Source of the DNA: the human T2T-CHM13v2.0 reference genome, Homo sapiens
Strand: one strand, 5' to 3'
Length of the DNA: 64,000 bases
Assembly (NCBI RefSeq): GCF_009914755.1
Contig: NC_060937.1
Position 1 is the stretch's first letter. The number at the start of each line of letters is the position of its first letter. The position numbers and the translations under genes are program-made. Of this stretch, positions 40,097-58,826 are shown in pieces. The notes below the pieces were generated by a model that saw only the letters and a list, made by a program, of their open reading frames with translations, made no database searches and was not told where the DNA came from.

Positions 40097-40345
40097 GACA
40101 GCAGTGCAATGGTCGGGACCTTCTGTTAGAAATTCGGCTTCCAGAAGTTTCCGAAGTCTGCCGCCAGGGCCAAGTGTGCTGAGCTTGGTGACCGCTGGCC
40201 TCAGGACGCTACAAAGCGCGCAAAACATCGCGCGTTGGGCACCCTCTGGCCATAGGGTCCCGCACGGGCCAGGACGGCACCTCGTGGAATCGGGGACGTC
40301 ACAGGGCGCAGCTGCAGTGGGGGAGGGCAGCACCCAGACGATCTG
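39650..40345 (-). promoter_or_regulatory. CpG island over the POM121L 5' region with a CRE-like site
   Basis: High GC and dense CpG; TGACGTCC on the minus strand at about 40294-40301, ~200 bp upstream of the ATG. Confidence 0.65.
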
Positions 40346-40799
40346 GGAGACCAGGGAAGCTCAAGCCTCCGTCCTTCCCACTGATGGTCCCAGTCACTTG
40401 GCTCTGAGCAGAGGGGCCCAGCAGCTGCCTCTACTTTTGTGCCTGACCTTTCAAGGTAGAAGATAGAATTTCTGCCAGGTCCTGAAAACTGCAGATGCCT
40501 GTTGACAGAAGGGTGCTGTCTTTGATCAGTGTGAAAATGAACACAATACACTTGGATGCTCTTTCAAGGAAAAACAAATCATTTACTCATATCAGTAAAG
40601 GTGATGTGTGTTTCATTCTTCTAGGATGGATGTTAATGTCACTTTTTGCAATTTTGCTCTTAAGAAAATGGAGTCATCAAGTTTTGTTTTAGGACTGGCA
40701 ATGTTGATTTTATGTGGATTTCCTATAATTTCCAGCCTTCGTATATCCATGAATAGATTGTCTATCTCTGAACATTAATGTCATTTCTCTCCTTTTGCT

Positions 40800-43578
40800 T
40801 AATTTATTTTTAAGAATTATTTCAGTAGTCTTTTGGGGAAAAGGTGATGTTTGGTTACACATGTAAGTTATTTAGTTGTGATTTCTGAGGTTTTGGTGCA
40901 CCCTTTGCCCCATCAGTGTACCCTGCACCCAATGTGTAGTCTTTCATCCCTCTCTCACCTCCCATCCATTCCCCCAAGTCCCCAAAGTGCATTGAATCAT
41001 TCTTATGCCTTTGCATCCTCATAGCTTAGCTCCCACTTATGAGTGAGAGCATACGATGTTTAGTTTTCCATTCCTGAGTTACTTCACTTAGAATAATGGT
41101 CTCCAACTTCATCCAGGTTGCTGCGAATGCCATTATTTCATTCATTTTTAAGGCCATTTAGTATTCCATAGTACGTTTGTACCAAATTTTCTTTATCCAT
41201 TCATACGTTGATGGGCATTTGGGCTGATGCCATAGTTTTGCAATTGCTATTTCTGCTGCTATAAATGTGTGTGTGCAAGTATCTTTTTCATATAATGACT
41301 TCTTTCCTCTGGGTAGGTACCGAGTAGTGGCATTGCTGGATCAAATGGTAGTTCTACTTTTAGTTCTTTAAGGAGTCTCCACACTGTTTTCCATAGTGGT
41401 TTGTACTAGTTTACATTCCCACCAGCAGTATACCAGTGTTTCCTTTTCACCACATCCATACCAACATCTATTTTTTTTTATTATGGCCATTCTTGCAGGA
41501 GTAATGTGGTATCACATTATGGTTTTTATTTGCATCTCCCTGATGATTAGTGATGATGAGCATTTTTTCTTATGTTTGTTGGCTATTTGTATATTTGAGA
41601 ATTACAAATTGTCTATTTATGTCTTTAGCCCACTTTTTGAATGGGATTATTTGTTTTTTTCTTGCTAATTTGTTTGAGTTCCTCATAGATTCTGGATATT
41701 ATTCCTTTGTCAGATGGATAGTTTGTGAAGATTTTCTCCCACTCTGTGGGTTGTCTGTTTATCTGCTGATTATTGCTTTTACTGTGCAGAAGCTTTTAGT
41801 TTAATTAAGTCCCAGCTATTTATCTCTGGTTTTATTGCATTTGCTTTTGGGTTCGTGGTTATAAAATCTTTGCCTAAGCCAGTGTCTAGAAGGGTTTTTC
41901 CGATGTTCTAGAATTTTTATGGTTTCAGGTCTTAGATTTAAGTCTTTGATCCATCTTGAGTTGATTTTTATATAAGGTGAGAGATGAGGATCCTGTTTCA
42001 TTCTTCTGCATGTGGCTTGCCAATTATCCCAGCACCATTTGTTGAATAGGGTGTCCTTTCTCCACTTTACGTTTTTGTTTGCGTTGTTGAAGATCAGTTT
42101 GCTCTAGGTATATGGCTTTATTTCTGGGTTCTCTATTCTGTTCCATTGGTCTAGGAGCCTATTTTCATACCAGCACCATGCTGTTTTGGTGACTATAGCC
42201 TTATAACATAGTTTGAAGTCAGGTAATGTGCTGCCTCAAGATGTGTTCTTTTGCTTAGCCTTGCTTTGGCTATGAGAACTCTTTTTTGGTTCTATATGAA
42301 TTTTAGAATTGTTTTTTCTAGTTCTGTGAAGAATGATGGTGGTATTTTGATGGGAATTGCATTGAATTTGTAGATTGCTTTTAGCAGTGTGGTCATTTTC
42401 ACAATACTGATTCTACCCATCCATGAGCATGGCATGTGTTTCCATTTGTTTGTGTCATCTGTGATTTTTTTCGGCAATATTTTGCAGTTTTCTTTGTAGG
42501 GGTCTTTCACTTCCTTGGTTAGGTGTAATATACTCCTAAGTGTTTTTTGTTTGTTTGTTTGCTTTGCAGCTATTGTAAAAGGGCTTGAGTTCTTGATTTG
42601 ATTCTCAGCTTGGTTGCTGTTGGTGTATAGCAGTGCTACTGATTTGTGTATATTGAGTTTGTATCCTGAATTCATTTGTCAGTTTGCTGAATTCATTTAT
42701 CAGTTCTAGGAGCTTTTAGGATGAGGCTTTAAGGTTTTCTAGGTATACCATTATATCAATGGTGAACAGCAACAGTTTGACTTCCTCTTTACTGATTTGG
42801 ATGCCCTTTATTTCTTTCTCTTGTCTAATTGCTCTGGCTAGGACTTCCAGTACTACGTTGAATAGAAGTGGTGAAAGTGGGCATCCTTGACTTGTTCCAG
42901 TTCTCAGAGGGAATGCTTTCAACTTGTCCCCATTCAGTGTAATGTTGGCTGTGGGATTGTCATAGATGGCTTTTATTATCTTAAAGTATCTCCTTTCTAT
43001 GCTGATTTTGCTGAGGGATGCTGGATTTTGTCAAATGCTTTTTCTGTGTCTATTGAGATGATCATGTTATTTTTGTTTTTAATCCTGTTTATGTGGTGTA
43101 TCACATTTACTGACTTGCGTATGTTAAACCATCTTGCATCCCTAGTATGAAACCCACTTGATCATGGTAGATTATCTTTTTTGTATGCTGTTGGATTCCA
43201 TTAGCTAGTAATTTGTTGAGGATTTTTGCAACCATGTTCATTGAGGATATTCGTCTGTAATTTTCTTTTTTTGTGATGCGCCTTTCTGGTTTTAGTATTA
43301 GGGTGATACTGGCTTCATAGAATGATGTAGGGAGGGTTGCCTCTTTCTCTATTTTTTGAAATAGTCTCAATAGATTGGTACAATTCTTCTTTGAATGTCT
43401 CACAGAATTCAACTGTGAACTTGTCTGGTCCTGGAATTTTTCTTGTTGGCATTTTCTTTTTTAAATTACTATTTCAATCTTGCTGCTTATTACTGGTCTA
43501 TTCAGAGTTTTAATTTCTTCCTGGTTTAATCTAGGAAGGTTGTATATTTCCAGGAATTTATCCATCTCCTCTAGGTTT
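40800..43578 (-). mobile_element. L1PB-like LINE, 3' half
   Basis: Distinct older 3' UTR (ggtgatgtttggttacac...ttttggtgcaccc); ORF2 RT remnants such as [21 protein letters not shown]. Confidence 0.88.
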
Positions 43579-45882
43579 TCTTTCCATGTTTAGTGCTTCC
43601 TTCAGGAGCTCTTGTAAGGCAGGCCTGGTGGTGATAAAATCTCTTAGCATTTGCTTGTCTGTAAAGGATTTTATTTCTCCTTCGCTTATGAAGCTTAATT
43701 TGGCTGGATATGAAATTCTGGGTTGAAAATTATTTCCTTTAAGAATGTTGGATATTGGTCCCCACTCTCTTCTGGCTTGTAGGGTTTCTGCAGAGAGATC
43801 TGCTGTTAGTCTGATGGGTTTCCCTTTGTGGGTAACCTGACCTTTCTCTCTGGCTGCCCTTAATATTTTTTCCTTCATTTCAACCTTGGTAAATCTGATG
43901 ATTATGTGTCTTGGGGTTGCTCTTCTTGAGGAATATCTCTGTGGTGTTCTCTGTATTCCCTGTACTTGAATGTTGTCCTGTCTTGCTAGGTTGGGGAAGT
44001 TCTCCTGGATAATATCCTGAAGAGTGTTTTCCAACTTGGTTCCATTCTCCCTGTCATTTTCAGGTACACCTATCAAATGTAGATTTGGTCTTTTTACATA
44101 GTCCCATATTTCTTGGAGGTTTTGTTCATTCCTTCTTATTCTTTTTTCTCTAATCTTTATTTCAATCTCGCTTTATTTCATTAAGTTGATCTTCAATCTC
44201 CGACATCCTTTTTTTCCGCTTGATCAATTCGGCTATTTATACTTGTGTATGCTTCACGAAGTTCTTGTACTGTGTTTTTCAGCTCCATCAGGTCATTTAT
44301 GTTCTTCTCTAAACTGGTTTTCTAGTTAGCAATTCATCTAACCTTTTTTCAAGGTTCTTAGCTCCCTTGCATTGGGTTAGATCATGCTCCTTTAGCTGGG
44401 AGTAGTTTGTTATTACCCACCTTCTGAAGCCTACTTCTGTAAATTCTTCAAACTCATTCTCCATCCAGTTTTGTTCTGTTGCTGGGGAGTTGTGATCCTT
44501 TGGAGGAGAAGAGGCATTCTGATTTTTGGAATTTTCAGCCTTTTTGCTCTGGTTTCTCAACATCTTTGTGGATTCATCTACTTTGGTCTTTGATGTTGGT
44601 TATCTTTGAATGGGGTCTTTGAGTGGTTGTGCTATTCCTTTCTGTTTGTTAGTTTTTCTTCTAACAGTCAGGTCCCTCTGCTGCAGGTCTGCTGGAGTTT
44701 GCTGGAGGTCCACTCCAGACCCTGTTTTCCTGGGTATCACCAGCAGAGGCTGCAGAACAGCAAAGATTGCTGCCTGTTCTTTCCTCTGGAAGCTTCATCC
44801 CAGAGGGGCACCTGCCAGATGCCAGCCTGAGCTCTCCTGTATGAGGTGTCTGTCGGCCCCTACTGGGAGGTGTCTCCCATTCAGGATACACGGGGGCCAG
44901 GGACCCACTTGAGGAGGCAGTCTGACCATTAGCAGAGCTCGAACGCTGTGCTGGGAGGTCCGCCGCCCTCTTCAGAGCCATCATGCAGGGACGTTTAAGT
45001 CTGCTGAAGCTGTGCCCACAGCCACCCCTTCCCTCAGGTGCTCTGTCCCAGGGAGATGGGGGTTTTATCTGTAAGTCCCTCACTGGGGCTGCTGCCTTTT
45101 TTTCAGAGATGCCCTGTCCAGAGAGGAGAAGTCTAGCAGTCTGGCCACAGTGGCCTTGCTGAGCAGCAGTGAGCTCGGCCCAGTTCAAACTTCCCAATGG
45201 CTTTGTTTACACTGTGAGGGTAAAACCGCCTACTCAAGCCTCAGCAATGGCGGACACCCCTCCCCACACCAAGCTCGAGCATCCCAGGTGGATCTCAGAC
45301 TGCTGCTCCACTGGGAGCAAGAATTTCAAGCCAGTGGATCTTCGTTTGCTGGGCTCTGTGGGGGTGGGACCTGCCAAGCCGCATCACTTGGCTCCCTGGC
45401 TTCAGCACCCCTTTCCAGGGGAGTGAACAGTTCTGTCTCTCTGGAGTTCCAGGCACCACTGGGGTATGGCAAAAAGAAAACCCTGAAGCTAGTTTGATGT
45501 CTGCCCAGATGGCCTCCCAGTATTGTGCTTGAAACCCAGGGCCCTGGTGGGGTAGGCACCAGAGGGAATCTCCTGGTCTGCAGGTTACGAAGACCACTGG
45601 AAAAGTGCAGTATCTGGGGCAGAATGCATGGTTCCTCTGGCTCAGTCCCTCATGGCTTCCCTTGGGTAGGGGAGAAAATTCCCTGACCGCTTCACTTCCC
45701 GAGTGAGGCAATGCCCCACCCTGCTTCGGCTTGCCCTCCATGGGCTGCACCTGCTGTCCGACCAGTCCCAGTGAGATGAACCGCGTACCTCAGTTGGAAA
45801 TGCAGAAATCACCTGCCTTCTGTGTTGATCTCGCTGGGAGCTGCAGACCGCAGCTGTTCCTATTCGGCTATCTTGCCAGCCA
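43579..45882 (-). mobile_element. L1PA7-like 5' UTR plus ORF1 only
   Basis: 172-aa ORF1 C-terminal fragment (43558-44076); 5' UTR ends tcttgccagcca. Confidence 0.92.
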
Positions 45883-50873
<4,991 letters not shown>

Positions 50874-52860
50874 AAAGACATAATTTATAATTTGATTTTG
50901 GAAAGTTTGTCAAATCTCAAATGTTTAAATGCTTTATATTTTAAAGTAGAATTTCAGGTTACCGTAAGACATTCATTTAGCCAAAACGATAACTTAAAAT
51001 TTTTTCAAAGGCAAAAAACTTTAGTCATTAATAGAGGGAAGACAGCTTTCAAGTTTTATGTCTCTTTTCTTTCCCTTCTTTTTTCTACAGTTTATTCAAA
51101 AGGCAAACAAAAATCTTTCTTTTTTTTTGATATTACATGAAAATCTTGTTCAAGAGAGAAAGCCAAATCTCATCCTTGCATTAGTGTGCTATTGATTTCA
51201 AAACCAGTTCTTAATAAAACCTTATAGACAAATCTATCCAATCTTAATCGGTTTGACCATAAGGTAAGACACCATAAACCTTTTGTACCCCTTTTCAAAT
51301 TTTTGTGAAAGAGAAGATCAGTGCTCTATGAAAAACCCATTGTGCTTTTATTCCAATGTTCAATTTATGGAAAAGCTGAATAATACCCCTTTAACTTCAG
51401 CCTGTATGTTCACACACAGAATTTATTTTACAAGATTAATTTTTCGCAAACCTTCCACAATGTGCTCAAACCTTCAGCTTTATCTTATCTAACTTAAAAC
51501 AATTCTTTAACCCTTTAATCTAGGCAAAAGAAAAAAAATCCACATTCCCATGGCATGTTATAATCTTTTACCAAAAACACATTTCGCTTCCCTTATACAC
51601 TCTGCATGTAAAACTTTTCTTATTTCCCAAAGATTACTTAAGTCACATGAACTAAAAGGCATTACACTTTTTACTTTTCTGACAAAATATTTGATTTAAG
51701 CACTTATTATTTTTAAACCAATTAATCAAAGCTCTTTCTTACTACACACACAACACACATAAATACACAGACAGAAGATCCAGTGCTTGTAAGATTTTTC
51801 ATTTGCCAGTTTCTTAATTGGATTACTGGCTTCAGGGTGGAGCCCTTGGAGGAACAGGGCCAGGAAAGCATGTAGTTTCTATGGTCTAATTAGCAGGCAC
51901 AATTGGAATGCGAAAACAGAGCCCCAAAATTAAGGGTTCCATTTTAATACCGAATCCTGGATCCCTCAAAGAGAAATGCTACAGAACAACAATCCCATGA
52001 TTTGACCGTGCATTTCATTGCAAAGCAACCCAAAGCCCATCAGCCCATTCTGTGATTAGCCCATCCCCCATGGGAGTCTTATCTCTCAGTTGGGGGTGGG
52101 GGGAGTGGAGACCTTTCCATAACTTCCAGGTGACCAAGAGGATGCTTCTCTGATCCAAACATGCAAAGAGCCGAGTATCCCCCCATAACTGCCATTAGCT
52201 ATCCCCAAAACTATATTTCCTACATAGTTATTAGACACCAAAGCTCTCTCATAATGCGAAGTAATTTCTGATACCCCCAAAAGTCAAAACCATCAGTTAA
52301 TGCAGTGCAGAACAGAACAGAACCTTAGATTTTGAGAGGGCTCGATCCACTTTTAATTAAGTTGACCTTTAACCATCGCGCTTTTTAAAGAAAAAAAAAG
52401 TTTTTAGATCTCTTATTACCCAATTTTAACCATGCCAAACTGCCAATATTTCTGATTTTTAAACTTTACCAAAGGTTAACTCCCAGGTGAAACCAGTAAA
52501 TCTGAACGAAGGCTATGACTTAACCACGAATGCACCAGGTCAAGCTCCCAAGGACATAAAACAAGAAGAGAGGGAAACTTCATCCAGTTTTTTTCGTTTG
52601 TTTCGGGGACCTCCTACCAGGAGTTTCACCATGTGGTCTCTGGGCAAGACAGTCGCCCTGAGTAACAGAAAAGATAGGAAAGGGAAAGGAGAGAAAGAGA
52701 GAGAAAGCATTACCTGTGGTGAGGTGGGGAAGGCGAGCAGCTCAGGGAGGCCAGAGAAAGACCCACCCATTGCAGCAACACTGAAAAGTTCAGGTGGCCG
52801 CTTGTCAGTCGTGAAGGGATCTTTTCCAGCAGTCCCATCTGCTCTCAAGTTTCCCCTTTT
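50874..52860 (-). mobile_element. MER41/MER4-group ERV internal sequence, 5' part; no 5' LTR
   Basis: Continues 29518-31648 across the L1 TSD; leader-like region with splice donor CAG|GTAATG at about 52713 (minus). Confidence 0.75.
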
Positions 52861-52904
52861 AGGTAATTCTCTCTGCAGGTGAGCATCTCTTGTTATCCAG
52901 TGGA

Positions 52905-53100
52905 AATCTTGCCAGCTGTATGGCCTTCAGCAAGTTGCCTAACCCTCTAAGCCTCACCTTCCTAATTGGTTAAATGGAAGACCAAAGTAGTACCTGTCCC
53001 GGGGGACTGTACAATCACATAAGAAAATGTGTGCAAATCACTTAGCACAGCCCATGCCTGATATGCAGTAGACGGTCACTTCCCATCAGCTATTATTAAT
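52905..53100 (+). mobile_element. MIR SINE
   Basis: gcaagttgcctaaccctctaagcctca...cacttagcacag...agctattatt. Confidence 0.75.
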
Positions 53101-53819
53101 GAGCATCTCTGTTGGGGCTTGTGATGTAAGACACAACTGGCACTTCTTCTGTAATACAAGTCTTTACTCAAGATCATCTCTGCAGTTTACTAAGGCCTCC
53201 ATAGCCCCAATAATTAACATTTTGTTTATCTCATATGAGGGAGAAGGGGAAGAGTCTGTGCGCATCTTATTGTTCTTATGTCTTCAATATTCACCCAGTT
53301 ATCTGTTGTCAGCAAACACTGGTCATGAGCATCCTATCAGCACAACTCTTCTCCTCCTTATTGTTTATCTTCACTCCTTTTAATGAAGATTAGTTTTAGG
53401 TCCACATTAAATCCACCCTGGATTTGATAGCAGGTACAGAAATGCAAAGTCATATTTATATGGATCATTTCCACTCAGTTACTTTTGTCCCTGGCTTGCT
53501 GGACTGGGAGGTGAGTGGTGTGGGAGGCATTACTGTGACCACAGCAGCTATATCCCCTCTCCAGAGATTTACTTGCTCTGAGGAAGAATGAGCTGAACCA
53601 TCAACTCTGTCACAAGGGCCTCTCCACCCATGGCCCACCTGCTCAACTTTGAGGCTAATTGGGCAGGAAATATTACTTGCACTTAGTTAATGAGGATCAG
53701 ATTTTAAATACCTCTGTAAGACTTTTCCCCCTTTTCTGAGTTTGTGTTCTTAAATGAGTAGATTAAGAAATCTTATTTATTTAATTTATCATCCCTAGGT
53801 ACTTGGCATTGACAACTGG

Positions 53820-54180
53820 ATTATTATTACTATTATTAAATTTTTTTTTTTCATAGAGTCAGGGTCTTGACTTGTTACCCAGGCTGGTCTTGAACTCCTG
53901 GGCTCAGGCAATCCCCCTCCTCAGCCTCTGAGTGTTGGGATTGTAGGCATGAGCCACTGGGCCCAGATGATAACTGTATTATTTAGGGAATTGGGTATCA
54001 GTCATTCATTCAACATATATTTCTTGAGAACTGCCCATGTTACAGACACAATTCTTGATTCTGGAGTTCCAGCAACAAACAGGGCAGACAAGATCCCTTT
54101 CCTGATAGAAAAGGGTGAGAGGCAGAAAACAGACAAGAAAACAAATATACCAGAAAATATCAGGCCAGTTGTACCAGGTA
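53820..54180 (-). mobile_element. FLAM-type Alu monomer followed by an L2 3' end
   Basis: Antisense Alu left arm to about 53965; cattcattcaacatatatttcttgag. Confidence 0.8.
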
Positions 54181-56189
54181 TAGATTTTACTTAATAACAA
54201 CAGAAACTGGCTTTAACAAAAGGCAAAAGAAGGATTTTACTGGGAGGATACAGAGTTGTTCACAGAATCAAAGAAAAGGCTGAAGAACCAAAATTTGGAA
54301 GTTCCAAAACCAGAATAACTTTGAACATCTAGGAAACTAGAAGTGACTGACTTTCTTTTTAGGACCGCACTGGAATCAATGAGCTCCTACTAGTACTTCC
54401 TCCTGGGTCAGGATGCCAGAAAGAGAAAGAGTGAGCAGTTGGTTGGTCTGGCTTCAGTCACTTAACCGACTCTTGGCCAGAGTAAGACATACCATGTGCA
54501 TGAGCAGTTTCTCCATCTCCATCTCCAGTGGAGAGAGTGGTAATTTTCCAAAGCCAAACTGTTTCTCAGTTGCAGAAGAAGAAATGGATACTGAGCAGTC
54601 AAAAAGGACAGATGTCCCCTGATTTTAAGGCAGTTTACATAGAAGAGGCTTAGGGGTTTTAGTTTTTGCAGGTGTTCAAAAAATGGGTGTGATTTGGTTT
54701 GCATTAATTAAATTCACCTGGGTTTCAAGCAAGCAAAAGGTGATAAACCCATAGTTCCCTAAAGTGGTGAGAATAGAATTGAGAATTTAAGTTTAGTAAT
54801 TTTGAGAAAGACATTGGTAAATTGAAATATATCAAGGGCAATCAGGTAATCAGAAGGATCTGGAAAACTTTATCTATGAAGAGTAAAGAAACTGCTTTAA
54901 ATACTTTGGAGCCTCTGAAAGAAATATTAGCTGTCTCACTATTGTCATGTATTCTAAATAAGTTAAATAGTAAGCTTCATTCCCTCTTTAAATTTAATTT
55001 ATTATAGAATTTTATTATGTCAAAGACTTCATTGTAGAAATTACTTTAAAATAGGTATTTCAAACTGAAAATTTGTTATTTCTGAATTTTTGTTTATGCT
55101 TCTGTAAAATGAATTTGAACCAGATCGCCTTTGGAGTCTCTCCTAGTTTCAAAATTCTGTGTTCTACAAATCCTCTCATTTTTACCAATCTGTTATAAAG
55201 CAACTATGTTGTAAATAATAATATTATTAACATGGTACTTTTGCTTGCCAAAATGTATACTATAATATTTTTGTTTTTTCTAACAGTGTTAAATTAATCT
55301 TCTTAATCTCCTTTTAAGTCAATAAAAGTCAGATGGAATTTCTTCCATTTTAGAGATTAGGAAATGAGAAACAGTGGTTCATGACAAGGAGAGGATACAT
55401 TTCATTTTGTCTAGTGACCCTGAAGTGTATTATTCTTGTCCCTTTTGTAATCATTATACATCTACTATTAGATAATCATGTATCCAAAAGTTATCTGTGG
55501 TGCAAAGTCTACTTGGTTACTTAGTTGTGGCAAGGTTTTAAAAACAGTTAAAATAAAACTTGAGCATAGGAACTTGACGATAAAATCTAAGATCTTCATT
55601 TCAAGGGGAAGAAACAATTAGAATTTGGAATTTAATTAGGAAAACACAATTAAAGGGATGCAGTGTCTATTCTCCTGCTGAATATTAAAGTTCAACACAA
55701 AGGCAACCCTTACATGAAATGTAGTTGTGGCTAATTAGCTGCGGTAATGGGCTGGAACAAGTGACTTGTTCACAGATAGACAATGAACTCTTCAGCGGCC
55801 AGAGATCAACGATCATTTAGGAAGCAAATGCTTAGAATCACATGGCTTAGAATATGCTTGTCTGGTGCAATGTTTCACAATACATAGTACACTCCCTATG
55901 TTTTCTCTCCATATTCGATATGCAACTGCTAAGAAACATTATATGCTTGGCCTTATTAATAAAGAATTATTGATATGCTAACCCTGAACTGAAACCAAAG
56001 CAAAGCGGACTGATCTCTGGAAACAAGCTGAGTAAACTCCCAAGGTCTTGGGCCACTAAGTAGAGTTGCTAGAGACAGTAGGTCTCTTCTGCTGCCTCCT
56101 GACCTTGAATATAAAACTACAAGCTCAGGTTGCAGACCACATGTTCAGAAAAGAATGATCTCTGAAAACAGCACAGGATAAAACTCAAA

Positions 56190-57130
56190 AGAGCCTTGGG
56201 TCTTGTAGTTTTGGCTCTGCCACTATGAGCTGTGTGACATTCTGTAAGATCTTTACTTCTCTGGGCTTTCTGTATTTTACCTGTAAATGGCATGATTAAG
56301 TCACTCTCTAAGGGTGTTATAAAAATATCACAGCTTAGGAGATGGGAAATATAAAGATACTATGTGAAGCTGGCATTCTTTATTAGGGCAAATCTGCAAA
56401 CAAGTAAAGAGTTCTTTCCTGTACCAGCCACTCAGTGACTTACTTACTTAAGTCCTGCTTGGTAGCAACCCTGTCCTGGTTCTTCCTTGGTCTCATTAGT
56501 AGGCACCTTGCCATCAGCCAGTAGGTTATCAAGACATTTATTCTCACTTCAACATTTGAGTGTTTACACATACTAGCAGTGGTTCTAGGAGCTGCAGATA
56601 GTCATGAACAAAAAAACTCCCCCACAAATCCTGCTCCCATGGACAGTCTATTATTAGTAGTAGTAGTATTTTTGTAGAGGCAAGATCTTGCTATGTTGAC
56701 CAGGCTGATCTGGAACTCCTGGCCTCAAGCGATCCTCTTGCCTTGGCCTCCCAAAATGCTGGGATTACAGGCATGAGCTAAGGTGCCTTGCCAGACTGTC
56801 CAGTCAGAGCAGATAGACCAAAAGCAATCAAATAAATACACAAGACATCAGGAACGGATGATATGCGATATGAGGAAAAATAAAGCTGGTTAAAGGGTGA
56901 GATGTGCCTGGAGGGGGTTGCTATTTTAGCTGGAGAAAGCGTCCCTGATCTGAATGAAGGGAAGGAGGGGTCCTCATAGTCTCTGGGAAGGAGCAGTCCA
57001 GGGAAGCACACAGTTAAGGGCCCTATGGGAGAGCAAGCTTGGGTGTTCCAGGAACGTGGTGGAGATCAATATAGCCAGAGCCAGCAGGCAGAGAGGAGAT
57101 TCTGTTCCTGATGGTAGTGAGCATCCCGGG
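56190..57130. mobile_element. MIR, then L2 fragments interrupted by an Alu monomer (about 56650-56790)
   Basis: ggctctgccact...tgtgac...ctgtaaatgg; ttcaacatttgagtg...ttctaggagctgcagata. Confidence 0.7.
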
Positions 57131-57239
57131 GTGTAACAACCCCTTCTCTTCCAGGAACTAGAAAGCAGGCAGGTGACAGCACAGTCTGGGCTTAGGTGTA
57201 CCAGCTGGTTGGCGTTGGTTAGGCTCAGAGAGTAACCAA

Positions 57240-57810
57240 CCCTCTGGACAGGTGTGTGGCGAGGTACGCCGGCAGGGCCCCACGCTCTTAGGGGCCCCCC
57301 AACTTGGGCTTCAAGGCTCCATGGACACCATCTTGAAATTCTCAACACAGTTATCCTTCCTTTTGTTCTGTAAGTGAAGTCCGGGACAATGGGGCTTGTT
57401 CCCCAGGGCCTGGAGGCTCGGCTCCTGTGCGGTCCTGCCTCCTGCCTCCTCCCCACCTCGCGGACTTGGGTCTGGGTCACCTGTTCCTGCTCCTGCTCCT
57501 GCTCAGAACTGCTGCTGCCCTTCATCCTGAGAGGCCCGACACGGTGCCCCTGCCGCCCTCCACCAGACGGGCAGGGCAGGGTGGGGGCAGGGCCAGGCAT
57601 GACCCTCTGCACGCCTAACCACAGGGCGGGCCCTTGGTGCCCTAAGGGTCTGTCCCCAGCCTGCCAGCATCTCTGTGCGTGAGGGAGTGTGACATTAAAT
57701 AGCAAACAAAACATCTGGACAGGTCAACTGAGAGAGACTGCAGAAGAAACGCTTTTTTTCTCTTTTTTAACAAGGGACCCGCATTTCCATTTTATGCTTG
57801 TCCCTGGGTG
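57240..57810. mobile_element. MER115/Zaphod-like hAT-Tip100 DNA transposon, unusually GC/CpG-rich
   Basis: ggccccacgct...catcttgaaattct...gtaagtgaagtcc...gggacaatgg...gtgacattaaatagcaaa...aacaagggacccgcattt. Confidence 0.7.
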
Positions 57811-57885
57811 ATCTTCTTGACCAGGAATGATGTCACCCACCCCTTGGCCGCCGCTTTCTCTCCGTGGACCTCCGGTGAAGTTGGC

Positions 57886-58024
57886 TTTTTTTTTTTTTTT
57901 TTTTTGAGACGGAGTCTCCCTCTGTCGCCCAGGCTAGAGCGCAGTGGCGCGATCTCGGCTCACTGCAAGCTCCGCCTCCCGGGTTCACGCCATTCTCCTG
58001 CCTCAGCCTCCCGAGTAGCTGGGA
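57886..58024 (-). mobile_element. 5'-truncated AluY (right arm only)
   Basis: gcaagctccgcctcccgggttcacgccattctc with CpGs intact; TSD gaagttggctttt / gaagatggctttt. Confidence 0.93.
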
Positions 58025-58481
58025 AGATGGCTTTTAAAGCGGGTGAACACTCTTGCACTTTCCCGTGGGGGCTGTTGCCCTCTGCTGGGCAAACCAGGAA
58101 TTAGCTCTACCTCAAAATCTGTGAAGAAAATGCTCCCTATTCCAGTTTCAAAACCCAATTTGAGACAATGGTTTGAGCATCAGTTTTCTCCATCTGCACT
58201 TTTGAAGGCTGCTGCAGATTTGAATAGCCAGTTCTAAAGTGAATTACCTTGTAAGCAGGTGACTTTTGCTTAAAACCAAGCAGTCACAAACTTTAGTATC
58301 CAGATCTACCATGTAAAGTACAGCAGAAACACAACATGTTGAGCAGTTGGTTCCACTGTTGAATTGTGCCATCATATAACCTTGCTTACTGTGTGTGAAG
58401 TATTCTTCATAATCTTTAAAAGTTATTGGAATGGGCCTACACCTTAATGGTACTTTTGTTCAGGGCTTAAATAATGTAATC

Positions 58482-58826
<345 letters not shown>

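Noticed and set aside
39077-40551. Overlapping alternative-frame and opposite-strand ORFs around POM121L
   Set aside because: Shadow ORFs expected in GC-rich DNA; only the 39353-40096 frame has family motifs.
55725-55775. Short palindromes gctaattagc and gaacaag-tga-cttgttc
   Set aside because: Too short to exceed chance in 64 kb, and the spacing does not fit a steroid response element.
56974-57714. 246-aa minus-strand ORF
   Set aside because: It spans a GC-rich DNA-transposon relic and L2 sequence and has no recognisable domain.
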